DNA from: Squalus acanthias
Lineage: Eukaryota
Direction: 5' to 3'
NCBI GenBank assembly: GCA_030390025.1
Contig: CM059432.1
Span: forward strand, 114,392,001-114,456,000
DNA: 64,000 nt
The position numbers and the translations under genes are program-made. The notes beneath the pieces are model-generated. The model saw only the letters and a list, made by a program, of their open reading frames with translations, did no database searches and was not told the origin of the DNA. Positions 1 to 12,300 of the stretch are shown one piece after another (the first letter of the stretch is position 1; every line of letters starts with the position of its first letter).

Positions 1-1122
1 CTTCCTCAGATAAGGCGACCAAAACTGCACACAATTCTCAAGGTGTGGTCTCACCAAGGCCCTGTACAACTGCAGCAAGACATCCTTGCTCCTGTACTCG
101 AATCCTCTCGCTATGAAGGCCAACATACCATTTGCCTTCTTAACCGCCTGCTGCACCTGCATGCTTACCTTCAGCGACTGGTGCACAAGGACACCCAGGT
201 CTCGTTGCACTTCCCCTTTTCCCAATCTATTGCCGTTCAGATAATAATCTGCCTTCCTGTTTTTGCCACCAAAGTGGATAACCTCACATTTATCCACATT
301 ATACTGCATCTGCCATGCATATGCCCAATCACCCAACCTGTCCAAATCATACTGGAGTTTCTCTGCATCCTCCTCACAGCACACACGCCCACCCAGCTTT
401 GTGTCGTCTGCAAACTTGGAGATATTACATCTAGTTCCCTCGTCTAGATCATTAATATATATTGTGAATAGCTGGGGTCCTAGCACCGATCCCTGCGGTA
501 CCCCACTAGTCACTGCCTGCCACTCGGAAAAAGACCCATTTATTCCAACTCTTTGCTTCCTGTCTGCCAACCAGTTCTCTATCCAAGTTAGTACCTTACC
601 CCCAATTCCATGTGCTTTAACTTTGCACGCTAATCTCTTATGCAGGACCTTATCAAAAGCCTTCTGAAAGTCCAAATACACCACATCCATTGGTTCTCCC
701 TTATCTATTCTACCAGTTACATCCTCAAAAAATTCCAGTAGATTAGTCAAGCATGATTTACCTTTTGTAAATCCATGTTGACTTTGTCCGATCCTGTCAC
801 TGTTTTCCAAGTGCTCTGCTATTACATCTTTTATAATGGACTCTAGCATTTTCCCCACTACCGATGTCAGGCTTACCGGTCAAAAAACTCTAACAGATTT
901 GCCAAACATGATTTCCCTTTCATAAATCCGGGTTGACTCTGCCCAATCCTATTATTATTTTCTAAGTGCCCTGTTACCACGTCCTTAATAATAGATTCTA
1001 GCATTTTCCCTACTGATGTCAGGCTAACTGGTCGGTAGTTCCCCGTTTTCTCTCTCCCTCCTTTCCTAAATAGTGGGGTTACATTTGCTACCTTCCAGTC
1101 CATGGGAACCGTTCCAGAATCA
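1..1122 (-). mobile_element. CR1 LINE ORF2 (reverse transcriptase) fragments; two overlapping pieces joined at ~881
   Basis: Minus strand encodes CR1 RT motifs (DWKVANVTPLFRKGGREKTGNYRPVSLTS, GSVLGPQLFTIYINDLD, SKFADDTK). The PVSLTS...LEFF segment occurs twice (~730-880 and ~882-1040). Confidence 0.93.
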
Positions 1123-1291
1123 CATGCCTCTTCATTCAATTTGTGTCCAGATTTGGGCTGGTGTGAAGAGTAATACAATTTGTATGCTACATTTCTGCCT
1201 TTTTTTTAAATTGGTGATTAAAGATGAGACCATTTAATGAAGCTGATCTTTAATAAGGAGATTGTGTCTGTATATAAAAGGTTTTCTGTCT

Positions 1292-1700
1292 ATAGCTTGG
1301 CTCATTTGGTAGCACTCGCTGCTCTTACTCTTAAGTTCCACTCCAGGACTTGAGCATTTAATCTAGGCTGAAACTCCAGTGCAGTATTAGGGGAGTGCTG
1401 CATTGTTGGAGGGACTGTCCTTCAAATGTGATGTTAAACCGAGACCCTGATTGCCTCTTCTAGTGGTTCAAGTGGATGTTAATGATCTCACTGCAGTGTT
1501 TGAAGAGCAGGGCTTTTTTGTGCTTTACTGACCACCATTCATCCCTCAACCAATAAAACGGTTTAATTATTCTTACTGTTGTTTGTGTTCTCTTGTCATA
1601 TTTTCCCACATAACGACAATCACTGAACTTAAAAGTAATTCATTAAATGTGAAGTAGTTTTGAAATGTTTGAGAAATGCAATAAAATGTTATAAAAATGC
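1292..1700 (+). mobile_element. tRNA-derived SINE with Deu domain (SacSINE1-like), degraded
   Basis: Head TAGCTTGGCTCATTTGGTAGCACTC and core GTGCTGCATTGTTGGAGG...GATGTTAAACCGAGACCC; homologous to the better-preserved copy at 25037-25508. Confidence 0.75.
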
Positions 1701-2599
1701 AGTTCTTCCTCACTGAGTCTCCGTGTTTCTTTCCTTCTCAATTGGCTATTATCTACTTTTGTCATTCATCAACTATACTGTGCAAAATGTTTCTCCCTCA
1801 AAGTAATTTTCCCATACAAACAGATTGCCACAAGATAACATCTGCCCATCAACAGTATAATAAAAAAGAAACTGCCCAAATACATTGCCACAAAAGAAAT
1901 TCTCAGCTGTCATTATCCCCCACTCAGGCTCAGACTACAATTAAAACTTTGTGAATGCTGAGTTGAGCAGATTATCATTATCTTAGGAATCAAATATCAG
2001 AGAGAATACCCGTACCAATTTGCAACGGAATTTACAGCATGCTAAAGTAGAGTAGTCTGAGCTCTACAAGCATTTAAACAGCCCATGTCATGCTCAGCAC
2101 CATTTCTGCACCTGACTGTGTTCGGCTCCTGAACCTGCCTGTGTTCCAGCTTTTCCTTCACTACTTCTTTTGCACACCTGCTCCATCTCTCCTTCTGCTC
2201 CCTCACTTGAAGATCTGCCCATAACTCAGCCAATTGAACTAGGCACTGAGGAACATTTGAACAAGCTATAAAATGTTTATTCACATAAGGTTTGGCTATC
2301 CATTGTCTATATGAATGAAAGAAACAGACTGTAAAAAAACTGCTTGTCATACCAAACAGTAACTAAGGCCTCGATTTTTACAGGGTAGGGGGGAAAAGGG
2401 TGCCGGGGGGTGGGGCCAGGGGGAAGGGTGCGGGGGAGCCCGGTAGCGGGAGGCGCACCTGAACAGGTTGGGGATGTGGAGGCCCTGCTGACCTTAACAC
2501 CAGAGCTTCATTTAAATAAAACTCTCCGGACTCCTGGACAGATTCACTACCAGGTCGGTGGGCAGGAGCAGCAATTTGGCTGCAGGAGGCGGCAGCTGG

Positions 2600-3080
2600 A
2601 GAACCGTGGGGAGGGGTGTTGGAGGAGGACGGTGTGGTCGACTGTGTCAAAGGCTGCAGAAAGATCGGGAAATGTAAGGAGGGCTAGTGCACCATGATCG
2701 CAATCACAGAGAATATCAGTTGTGACTTTGATTAGGGCCGTTTCAATGCTGTGACAGGGGCAGAAACCTGATTGGAGAGATTCAAACATGGTATTGCAGG
2801 CATGGATTTGGAAGGCAACAATATGTTCAAGGACTTTGGAGAGGAAAGGGAGGTTGGAGATGGAGCGGTAGTTTGCAAGGACAGAGGGGTTGAGGGAGGG
2901 TATTTTGAGGAACGGGTGTTGACAGGTATTTTGAAAGGATGGGGAACAGTACCGGAGGAGAAGAAACCATTTACAATGTCAGCTTGCATGTGAGCCAGGA
3001 AGAGAAATTGGGTAGTCAGTATTTTAGTTGGAATGGGGTCAAGAGACCAGGAGGTGGACTTCATTGACAAGATGAGCTTG
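2600..3080 (-). mobile_element. L2 LINE RT fragment, preceded by a GC-rich MITE-like end at ~2368-2600
   Basis: Minus-strand peptide ESLQSGFCPCHSIETALIKVTTDILCDCD...DLSAAFDTVDH is typical of L2 RT; similar to 36400-36800. Confidence 0.85.
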
Positions 3081-3701
3081 TCCCTGTTCCAGCTCCAAAG
3101 TTCTCATGGGTGCACCTGAATTCAAAAAAATCGACAGTCATTTGACCCTGACAGACACACAGGCCGCATATTTGCCGGGGCTCAGAGGGCGGGTTTGTAT
3201 GCGGGTCGGTAGCGAAAATCTAAATGATTGACGGCGGGTTGCGAACCCGCCGCCATCCCGCCTCCACGTTACTTTGACAAGTGTCGGGTCAGCGAGTCTC
3301 GATCTGGCCCGACACCAAACGGCGGGAGAGGCACTTAAGGCAGTTCACAGCTTGTTAACTGCCTTGCTAATCTTATTTTAACTGCCTGTTGCGATTTTGC
3401 AGCTTTTTCTGCGTGCTGCCCTTCGTCAGACAAACATGCCAGCTGCATTGTGCCGGGTTTAGCAAGGACCTGAATTGTTGGCAGCTGCTCGAGCAGCTTA
3501 AAAGCGGTCCTGCAACATCTCTGAGTTTCAGATGTCACAACTTAGTGCTTTGAGGTTTTGGGACACATTTGTCAGCTCCACTGATCTTGTGAATGTTCAA
3601 GCTGAAATCCATCTGCAGTGTACTCTCCTTGGAATACCCTTTGGCCACCTTGTCTGAGCGCAAACAACCTGTATTCCTCGACTGAGATATATACCAGTGG
3701 T

Positions 3702-4884
3702 ATGGGAACCATTTATATCTTCTCATCCTGGTCGTCAGATTCGGAGGAAGAGCAGCCGCGGCAGCAGCACAACCAGGCACAGCAGCAGCACCAACACCAG
3801 GAGCGCCAACCTTCTCCTCAGCCACCTGATGCTGCACAGGGCAGGGGGCATCAGCGCAGGGCTGCACCTCGCCACAGGAGATACCCCCAATACAGGGTTT
3901 ACAGGCAGAGGATGAGCTTCCTCAACATGACTGAGCAGCAGTGCCAAAGGAGGCTGAGACTTTCGCGAGAGGTAGTCACTGACATCTGCGCAATGCTGCA
4001 CCAACACCTGGAGTCCAGAGGAGCGGGTGGACACTCCTTACCAGTGGCTGTCAAAGTCACCACCTCACTCAAGTTCTTTGCTTCGGGCACCTTCCAGGGA
4101 TCAGCTGCAGAAATCAGCGGCATCTCCCAGTCGGCCGCACATGCCTGCATCACGCAGGTTACTGATGCCCTCTTTGCAAAGGCGCACAATTACATCCACT
4201 TCTCCACGGATGAAGCAAGTGTGACCGCGCGTGCGGTTGGCATCCCAAGGGTGCAGGGCGTCGTTGACTGCACACGTGGCCATTAGGGCATCCCATCACA
4301 ATCCAGCTGTATTTGTCAACCGCAAGGGATTCCACTCCTTTAATGTCCAGCTGGTGTGTAACCACAGGAAGATCATCATGCATGTTTGCGCAAAGTACCC
4401 TGGCAGTTGCCATGACTCCTTTATCCTGCGGCAGTCGACTGTGCCTCAGCTCTTCAATCCGCCAACCCAACTTTCCGGATGGCTACTTGGCGACAAGGGC
4501 TATCCCCTGAAAAAGTGGCTTATGACACCGATGAGGAGGCCATCAAACGATGCTGAGGAGCGGTACAATGTGAGTCACATTTCGACCAGAAGCATCATAG
4601 AGCAAACCATCGGCTTGCTCAAAATGCGATTCCGATGCCTCGACAGATCTGGTGGAGCCCTGCAGTTTCCACCAGCCAGGGTGTCCAGAATCATTGTGGT
4701 CTGCACAATATCGCACAGCAGCGTGGCTTGGCACTGCCTGAGGAACAAGTGGCTCAGCGCACAGCCTCCTCGGAAGAAGAGGAGGACGATGAGTAGGAGG
4801 ACGAGGGGCCACGCCTTGTGGGGCCGGATGTGGCCAATCCAGCAGCACGCAAGGGATGCACTCATCCATGCCAGATTCGCGTAA
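3702..4884 (+). pseudogene. Harbinger (HARBI1-like) DDE transposase, frameshifted
   Basis: Motifs [67 protein letters not shown]. Frame breaks near 4272 and ~4705. Confidence 0.92.
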
Positions 4885-5141
4885 GTTTACGCTTCAACCA
4901 CAGCTGGCTGGCAGATGGAGATGAATGTCAGGACGAGCTGCTTAACACGCCATACATCATCTGTCCAATAAACGGTGCTTTCCTATCACTCTCACCACCA
5001 TCATCATTACAAATGCAAGTAGCCCTGAGCCCTCACTATGCACTTCCATTTCTCAGCACACATAGGCCAATACTTCAAATCTTTGCCATCACTTTGGTTT
5101 AATGCAATCACAATCTGGATGACAAGCGACTACCCTTGTGA

Positions 5142-7177
5142 CTATTTGTGTGTTAACATCCTCTCACGCGTGCTTCTACATGGTGCTTCTCCTGTGGCTT
5201 CAGCAGATGTAGAGGCACCTTGCTCACTTTGATGCTGCGCCTGCTTAGACGCCTTTGGCGGGCGTCCTCTGGGTTTGGGAGCCTGGGAGGGCTCCGCAAC
5301 AGTTTGCTCTTCCTGCAGCTGTGCAGAGGCTGAGACAGCCATCTCAGTTGGGTGCCGAATCTCGGGCTCTGACCGAGGGCTCCGTAGTGGCATGGTCGTG
5401 CGAGCGCTTGGAGAGGAACATAAGAACATAAGAAATAGGAGCAGGAGTAGGCCAATCGGCCCCTCGAGCCTGCTCCGCCATTCAATAAGATCATGGCTGA
5501 TCTGATCCTAACCGCCAATCTACTATCTATCACAGAAGGAGCCCACACTTCCTTGTTGTCGGCCACCAACATCCCTCTCATGGGCCACCCGCATTTCACT
5601 GCTAGCAAGTGGCTGGAGAGCACCTTGCTGCACATCAGTGGGGCCATGAGGACCCGTATCTGTACTGATAGTCCTCATAATGGGGACGTCCATGTACCTC
5701 TGGTGTCTCTCCTCAACAGATGCCCATTTATCCTCCATAGCAGACCATCTATTTAGAAGAGTCACCATGCTCTGTTGAGTCTGGCAAGTTATGTCCTTCA
5801 AGGAGGTTGCCACCCTCTTCATGGCGGCACGTTCATGCGCCACTGCCACCACCATGGCATTGCTCATGTTTGAGATGGACTCCTCCATTCTCTGCACACT
5901 CGGAGTTACCGTGGATGCAAAACCTGTCAGAGACACCTGCACTTGTTGCTGAAGTTCCAGCACCGCTCTCTTTCTGGATGGCCCCAGAGGCACAGCGTCT
6001 GCATGCAGCTGAGCAGAGCAAGGAGAGTCCTGCGACCTCCGACGAGGACTCTCCACTGCTGTGGCTGTCTCCACCATCTGCTGATGCTCACTTGTGAGCT
6101 GTGATACACCAGGTGACAACACTACTCTATGTGGCGATGGATCCACTGAGGTGTGCGTCTCTGCGCTGGTGCTGGGTGCGCTGAGTTCTGGTGACGCTGC
6201 TCCCTCAGAGGCTGCAGGCTCCTCTGAGGAGTCGTCTTCCTCTTCCTCCTGGACAGTGGGAAGGGGGGCTCTCGATGATCCTGTGGGAGAGTAAAGGCAT
6301 GAGTTAGACATCTGATATTTAGGTAGCAGACACATCCTATTGTGCAGATGATCAAGTCAATCTCTATGAACATTATTTGCCACTTCAGTCAATCATGAAA
6401 TGTAAATGAGAGGGTTTAAAATCTATTATGTCACCAGCTTCATCTAATGCGCCCGTCTCTCCGTCCCCCACTTCCAGCTCCTTGCCAGCTCCCATGATCT
6501 CGTGAGCAGCTTCCTCAGCGCTAGTCAACGTTGCAAGGGATGGTGGCCCTCCTCCTGTCTTCGTTCTCTCCCTCTTATTGTGGGCTCTCTTTTCCTGCAA
6601 GGAGAGACACAAGTTGAGTTTCATCGAGATTGATGCAGTGAGTGTGAAGAATCCATAACATAGAAGCTTAGAGGGAGACCAAGATGGAGTGAGGTGCCAA
6701 GAGGAAGGAGCCTCCCTGTGCGTTGTTAGTTGTTGTCATTGCATAACAGTGAGAGCAAGTGTGAGGGGTGCATAGTAGGATGGTGAAGTGATTCTGTACA
6801 TAGAGAGAGATGGATAGGTCAGGGTGCAAGGGAAGTAAGGGTAATGTGGGATGTGGAGGAGCAGGCTGACAATGCAGAGTGCTGGTGATGAGAAGAGAAG
6901 GGAAACAGATTGAAGTAAAGTGTAATGTGATACTCACTTTTGATGAGCGCAGAAGATCATTGAAGTGTTTTCGGCACTACACCCATGTGCGTGAGCAAAC
7001 TGACCTAGTGCTGACCTCCTCAGCAATTCGCAGCCAGGCTGCCTTTGTTTGCTGAGGAGGCTTCCTCCGGCCATCACGAGGGAACACGATGTCCCTGCGC
7101 CCTCTTACTCCCTCCACAAGAGCTTGGAGGGAGTCTTCAGCAAACCTTGGAGAAGCCTTTGCCCTTGCAGCAGTCAT
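5142..7177 (-). pseudogene. Harbinger Myb/SANT-like DNA-binding protein gene, 3 exons (7177-6938, 6594-6435, 6280-~5142)
   Basis: Exon 1 reads MTAARAKASPRFAEDSLQALVEGV...AWLRIAEEV...RTWV*CRKHFNDL (trihelix pattern, premature TAG at 6977-6979). GT-AG introns with matching phases 0 and 1. Same layout in the copy at 39165-40654. Confidence 0.85.
5416..5515 (-). mobile_element. CR1 3' end fragment inserted in the Harbinger Myb gene
   Basis: GAACATAAGAACATAAGAAATAGGAGCAGGAGTAGGCC...GATCATGGCTGATC matches the CR1 3' UTR/octamer tails at ~32876 and ~59488. Confidence 0.85.
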
Positions 7178-8839
7178 AATGAGCTGGATGATTCCCAGAG
7201 CAGCAGAAAGGAAATGAGAAGCTAAGGCTACATGGAGCCCTTCAAGAAACAACTGAATGAGTGACGTCAGCAAAGGCGAGCAGCAGACCCGCTCCCACTC
7301 ATTGGGCCGGGTAGCGCGCACGGCAGGCTTAATGAGCCCACTTAATTAAAAATCTAGATTGAGGAGCGGCTGAAACCGGCAGCGGGACCTGAACCCGCCC
7401 ATCAGGCAACCCGGCTCCAACCCGTCTCCTCCATTAAATTCGCGGCCACAGTTTCACTGCCTCCTCAGTTTACAACTGGTGGTGCGGAAGATCCACTAGT
7501 AGTGTGTGCATAGTACTGTATGTGCATCTATATCTATAATATCTTATAAATCTTACAGCTGTATGCACTTCTCGTCTGTGCCAATTGACTTCCAGCTTAT
7601 AATTTGCTCCGTTCACATTTATAATGTGTTTTGCCAATGTAAACTTGCCACGCTGATTGTGCAATTGCGGTTGGCTGTGAAGGAGATTTCTGAGCTGTTT
7701 CACGAAGTTTGGCTGACAACTTGATTATTTTAAAAACTGCCAGAATGTCATCATTTTAGACTACAGATAAACCTTTAAAATTTAACTTTTTCTTTCAAAA
7801 TAAAAACATATGTTTTTGAACTCTTAAATTTGTTTAAATTTATGTTGGGAATTTTAAATTATAGTGGTTTCTGCAGCCCTTTAAGTAAAATATACTTAAA
7901 TTTTTACATTTCTTAATACCCCACTTTTATATCATGAGGATGTCAAGCTTTGTTTTCGCAGTTTATGAGTTTACATATTCCCTTTAATCACACACGGCAA
8001 AAAATAAAAGTCAGTTTAGTCTGTGACTTCCTACTGGCCTTTCGAAGCGCCACTCACATTAACTTTTGATGGATGTTAGACAGAGACAGAAAAAATTAAT
8101 GGTAATTACTCACTTCAGAACAGAAAGGTGCAAAAGTGTCTCAATAAATGGGCTTTTATAATCTTAATTCATGGAAACGATGTCGTTGGTGACTGGTCTG
8201 AAAAGTGTCTCTTTTACAATTTCATCAAATATGGATGAACTTTCTGTATTTTAATGATTCCAGGTTAATTAAAATTAGAAATCAGTGATTGAGGGACAGC
8301 CTGGACCACTGAGTACACTGCACTGTGCTTACCGGGACTTAGGTTCATAGCCCAAATTGTCTGGAGGCATACTTATATTACAGGAGTGTGGCCAATTACA
8401 GAAAATAAATGGCATTGTGGGTTTACAAATGTATCATCAGCTTCAGGGTGTTGGTTTCAGTGGAAACATAGAGAGACAGTGCCCCACGTCTGCACTGTAT
8501 AAAAATTGGGACTCCACATTACACAGTGCGGCCAAACATGACTGACATTAGCTTAAAAATAAACGGCAGCTCTCTGCAGACATAGACAGTAAAAATAGTT
8601 TAACAGTGCCTTCAAGCACCTCTTTCTGCCAGCTGTAAGGGTTCTAAGTGAAATGAGTCTGGACAGTCTCAACCCAGTACTTGGGAGTAGATGAGACCGC
8701 AGGGGGGAAAAAAAACTGCCCATAATTCAGCATTCAGTTGGTACTAAACTGTCAGGTTCACTCAGCAAGCACAGAAAGATGGGGGCTGAAAATTCTTGTC
8801 CGTACTGGCGTACTCCCTTCGTAGCTTTGGTGAGAGTGC

Positions 8840-9152
8840 TCTGGTAGGGCTGGAAAGGGTGGTGGAAGCAGATTTTGTGCATTTTGTGAAGAATCAAAGG
8901 CGACACGAGGTAACATTTTTCACACAGCCCGTTGTTATGATCTGGAATGCACTGCCTGAAAGGGTGGTGGAGGCAGATTCAATAGTAACTTTCAAAAGTA
9001 AAGTGGATAAATACATGAGAAGGAAAATTGGCTGGGCTATAGGGAAAGAGCGAGGTAGTGGGACTAATTGGATAGTTCTTTCAAAGAGCCGGCACAGGCA
9101 CGATGGGCTGAATGGTCTCTTTCTGTGCTGTATGATTTCTGGATTCTATGAA
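8840..9152 (+). mobile_element. CR1 3' end fragment
   Basis: FFTQPVVMIWNALPERVVEADSIVTFK followed by a 3' UTR ending ATTCTATG. Confidence 0.85.
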
Positions 9153-9391
9153 ATTAAGTTAGGTCCTAGCCGAATGTTGGAGTATCCAGGATGGCCTGTT
9201 GGTTGCGCAGTTTCCGCCCACCCAAACAAGGCCGTCGACATAAGAGGGGGTGGTGACTCCCTACTTCAGGTCAGACAGGCATATTATGCTGACCACCGGC
9301 GGAAGTGGGGCCCACCTGCAGTCCAGGCTGGGATTGTGGCCTGGACCTTTTTAAGAAAAGGACTACCAAATTTTTTAATAAATATTTCAAT

Positions 9392-12300
9392 GCGGGAGAT
9401 TCTGTGAATAAACAGAGCGGGAGATTCTGTGAGTAAACAGAGCAGGGAGATTCTGTGAGTATAAAGAGCGGGAGATTCTGTGAGTAAACAGAGCGGGAGA
9501 TTCTGTGAGTAAACAGAGCAGGAGATTCTGTGAGTATAAAGAGCGGGAGATTCTGTGAGTAAACAGAGCGGGAGATTCTGTGAGTAAACAGGTCGGGAGA
9601 TTCTGTGAGTATAAAGAGCGGGAGATTCTGTGAGTAAACAGAGCAGGAGATTCTGTGAGTATAAAGAGCGGGAGATTCTATGAGTAAACAGGGTGGGAGA
9701 TTCTATGAGTATAAAGAGCGGGAGATTCTGTGAGTAAACATAGCGGGAGATTCTGTGAGTAAACAGAGCGGGAGATTCTGTGAGTAAACAGAGCGGGAGA
9801 TTCTGTGAGTAAACAGGGCGGGAGATTCTGTGAGTAAACAGGGCGGGAGATTCTGTGAGTATAAAGAGCGGGAGATTCTGAGAGTAAGCAGGGCGGGAGA
9901 TTCTGTGAGTAAACAGAGCGGGAGATTCTGTGAGTAAACAGGGCGGGAGATTCTGTGAGTATAAAGAGCGGGAGATTCTGTGAGTATAAAGAGCGGGAGA
10001 TTCTGTGAGTAAACAGAGCGGGAGATTCTGTGAGTAAACAGAGCGGGAGATTCTGTGAGTAAACAGGGCGGGAGATTCTGTGAGTATAAAGAGCGGGAGA
10101 TTCTGTGAGTATAAAGAGCGGGAGATTCTGTGAGTATAAAGAGCGGGAGATTCTGTGAGTATAAAGAGCGGGAGATTCTGTGAGTAAACAGAGCAGGAGA
10201 TTCTGTGAGTATAAAGAGCGGGAGATTCTGTGAGTAAACAGAGCAGGAGATTCTGTGAGTATAAAGAGCGGGAGATTCTGTGAGTATAAAGAGCGGGAGA
10301 TTCTGTGAGTAAACAGAGCAGGAGATTCTGTGAGTATAAAGAGCGGGAGATTCTGTGAGTAAACAGAGCAGGAGATTCTGTGAGTATAAAGAGCGGGAGA
10401 TTCTGTGAGTAAACAGAGCGGGAGATTCTATGAGTAAACAGGGTGGGAGATTCTATGAGTATAAAGAGCGGGAGATTCTGTGAGTAAACAGAGCGGGAGA
10501 TTCTGTGAGTAAACAGGGTGGGAGATTCTATGAGTATAAAGAGCGGGAGATTCTGTGAGTAAACAGGGCGGGAGATTCTGTGAGTAAACAGGGCGGGAGA
10601 TTCTGAGAGTAAACAGGGCGGGAGATTCTGTGAGTAAACAGAGCGGGAGATTCTGTGAGTAAACAGGGCGGGAGATTCTGAGAGTAAACAGGGCGGGAGA
10701 TTCTGTGAGTAAACAGAGCGGGCGATTCTGTGAGTAAACAGAGCGGGAGATTCTGTGAGTAAACAGAGCAGGAGATTCTGTGAGTATAAAGAGCGGGAGA
10801 TTCTGTGAGTATAAAGAGCGGGAGATTCTGTGAGTAAACAGAGCGGGAGATTCTGAGAGTAAACAGAGCAGGAGATTCTGTGAGTATAAAGACCGGGAGA
10901 TTCTGTGAGTATAAAGAGCGGGAGATTCTGTGAGTAAACAGAGCAGGAGATTCTGTGAGTAAACAGAGCGGGCGATTCTGTGAGTAAACAGAACGGGCGA
11001 TTCTGTGAGTAAACAGAGCGGGAGATTCTGTGAGTAAACAGGGCGGGAGATTCTGTGAGTAAACAGAGCGGGCGATTCTGTGAGTAAACAGAGCGGGCGA
11101 TTCTGTGAGTAAACAGAGCGGGAGATTCTGAGAGCAAACAGAGCGGGAGATTCTGTGAGTATAAAGAGCGGGAGATTCTGTGAGTAAACAGAGCGGGAGA
11201 TTCTGTGAGTAAACAGAGCGGGAGATTCTGTGAGTAAACAGTGCGGGAGATTCTGTGAGTGTAAAGAGCGGGAGATACTGTGAGTAAACAGAGCGGGAGA
11301 TTCTGAGAGTAAACAGAGCGGGAGATTCTGTGAGTAAACAGGGCGGGAGATTCTGAGAGTAAACAGAGCGGGAGATTCTGAGAGTAAACAGGGCGGGAGA
11401 TTCTGTGAGTAAACAGAGCGGGCGATTCTGTGAGTAAACAGGGCGGGAGATTCTGAGAGTAAACAGGGCGGGAGATTCTGAGAGTAAACAGAGCGGGAGA
11501 TTCTGTGAGTAAACAGGGCAGGAGATTCTGTGTGTAAACAGGGCGGGAGATTCTGAGAGTAAACAGGGCGGGAGATTCTGAGAGTAAACAGAGCGGGAGA
11601 TTCTGTGAGTATAAAGAGCGGGAGATTCTGTGAGTAAACAGAGCAGGAGATTCTGTGAGTAAACAGAGCGGGAGATTCTGTGAGTAAACAGAGCAGGAGA
11701 TTCTGTGAGTATAAAGAGCGGGAGATTCTGTGAGTAAACAGAGCGGGAGATTCTGTGAGTATAAAGAGCGGGAGATTCTGTGAGTAAACAGAGCGGGAGA
11801 TTCTGTGAGTATAAAGAGCGGGAGATTCTGTGAGTAAACAGAGCAGGAGATTCTGTGAGTATAAAGAGCGGGAGATTCTGTGAGTAAACAGAGCAGGAGA
11901 TTCTGTGAGTAAACAGAGCAGGAGATTCTGTGAGTAAACAGAGCGGGAGATTCTGTGAGTAAACAGAGCAGGAGATTCTGTGAGTATAAAGAGCGGGAGA
12001 TTCTGTGAGTAAACAGAGCAGGAGATTCTGTGAGTAAACAGGGCGGGAGATTCTGAGAGTAAACAGAGCGGGAGATTCTGTGAGGATAAAGAGCGGGAGA
12101 TTCTGTGAGTAAACAGAGCGGGAGATTCTGTGAGTATAAAGAGCGGGAGATTCTGTGAGTAAACAGGGCGGGAGATTCTGTGAGTAAACAGGGCGGGAGA
12201 TTCTGTGAGTAAACAGAGCAGGAGATTCTGTGAGTATAAAGAGCGGGAGATTCTGTGAGTAAACAGAGCGGGAGATTCTGTGAGTAAACAGAGCGGGAGA

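Larger units (their letters stand above)
3162..7447 (+). mobile_element. PIF/Harbinger DNA transposon with complete two-gene architecture, inactivated
   Basis: Imperfect TIRs GGCCGCATATTT / AAATTCGCGGCC, 3-bp TSD ACA (3159-3161 and 7448-7450), convergent transposase (+) and Myb/SANT (-) genes. Confidence 0.92.

Noticed and set aside
3702..4884. Domesticated host HARBI1 gene
   Set aside because: Frameshifted, enclosed by TIRs and a TSD, paired with a Myb gene, and has related copies nearby.
2042..7703. Short minus-strand ORFs at 2042-2350 and 7470-7703 that might be pieces of one old coding fossil split by insertions
   Set aside because: No recognisable motif or consistent splice phase; would need a translated search after removing the inserts.
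8114..8197. 84-bp candidate minus-strand exon with plausible splice sites
   Set aside because: Stops in all three frames; could be non-coding regulatory DNA but there is no evidence here.
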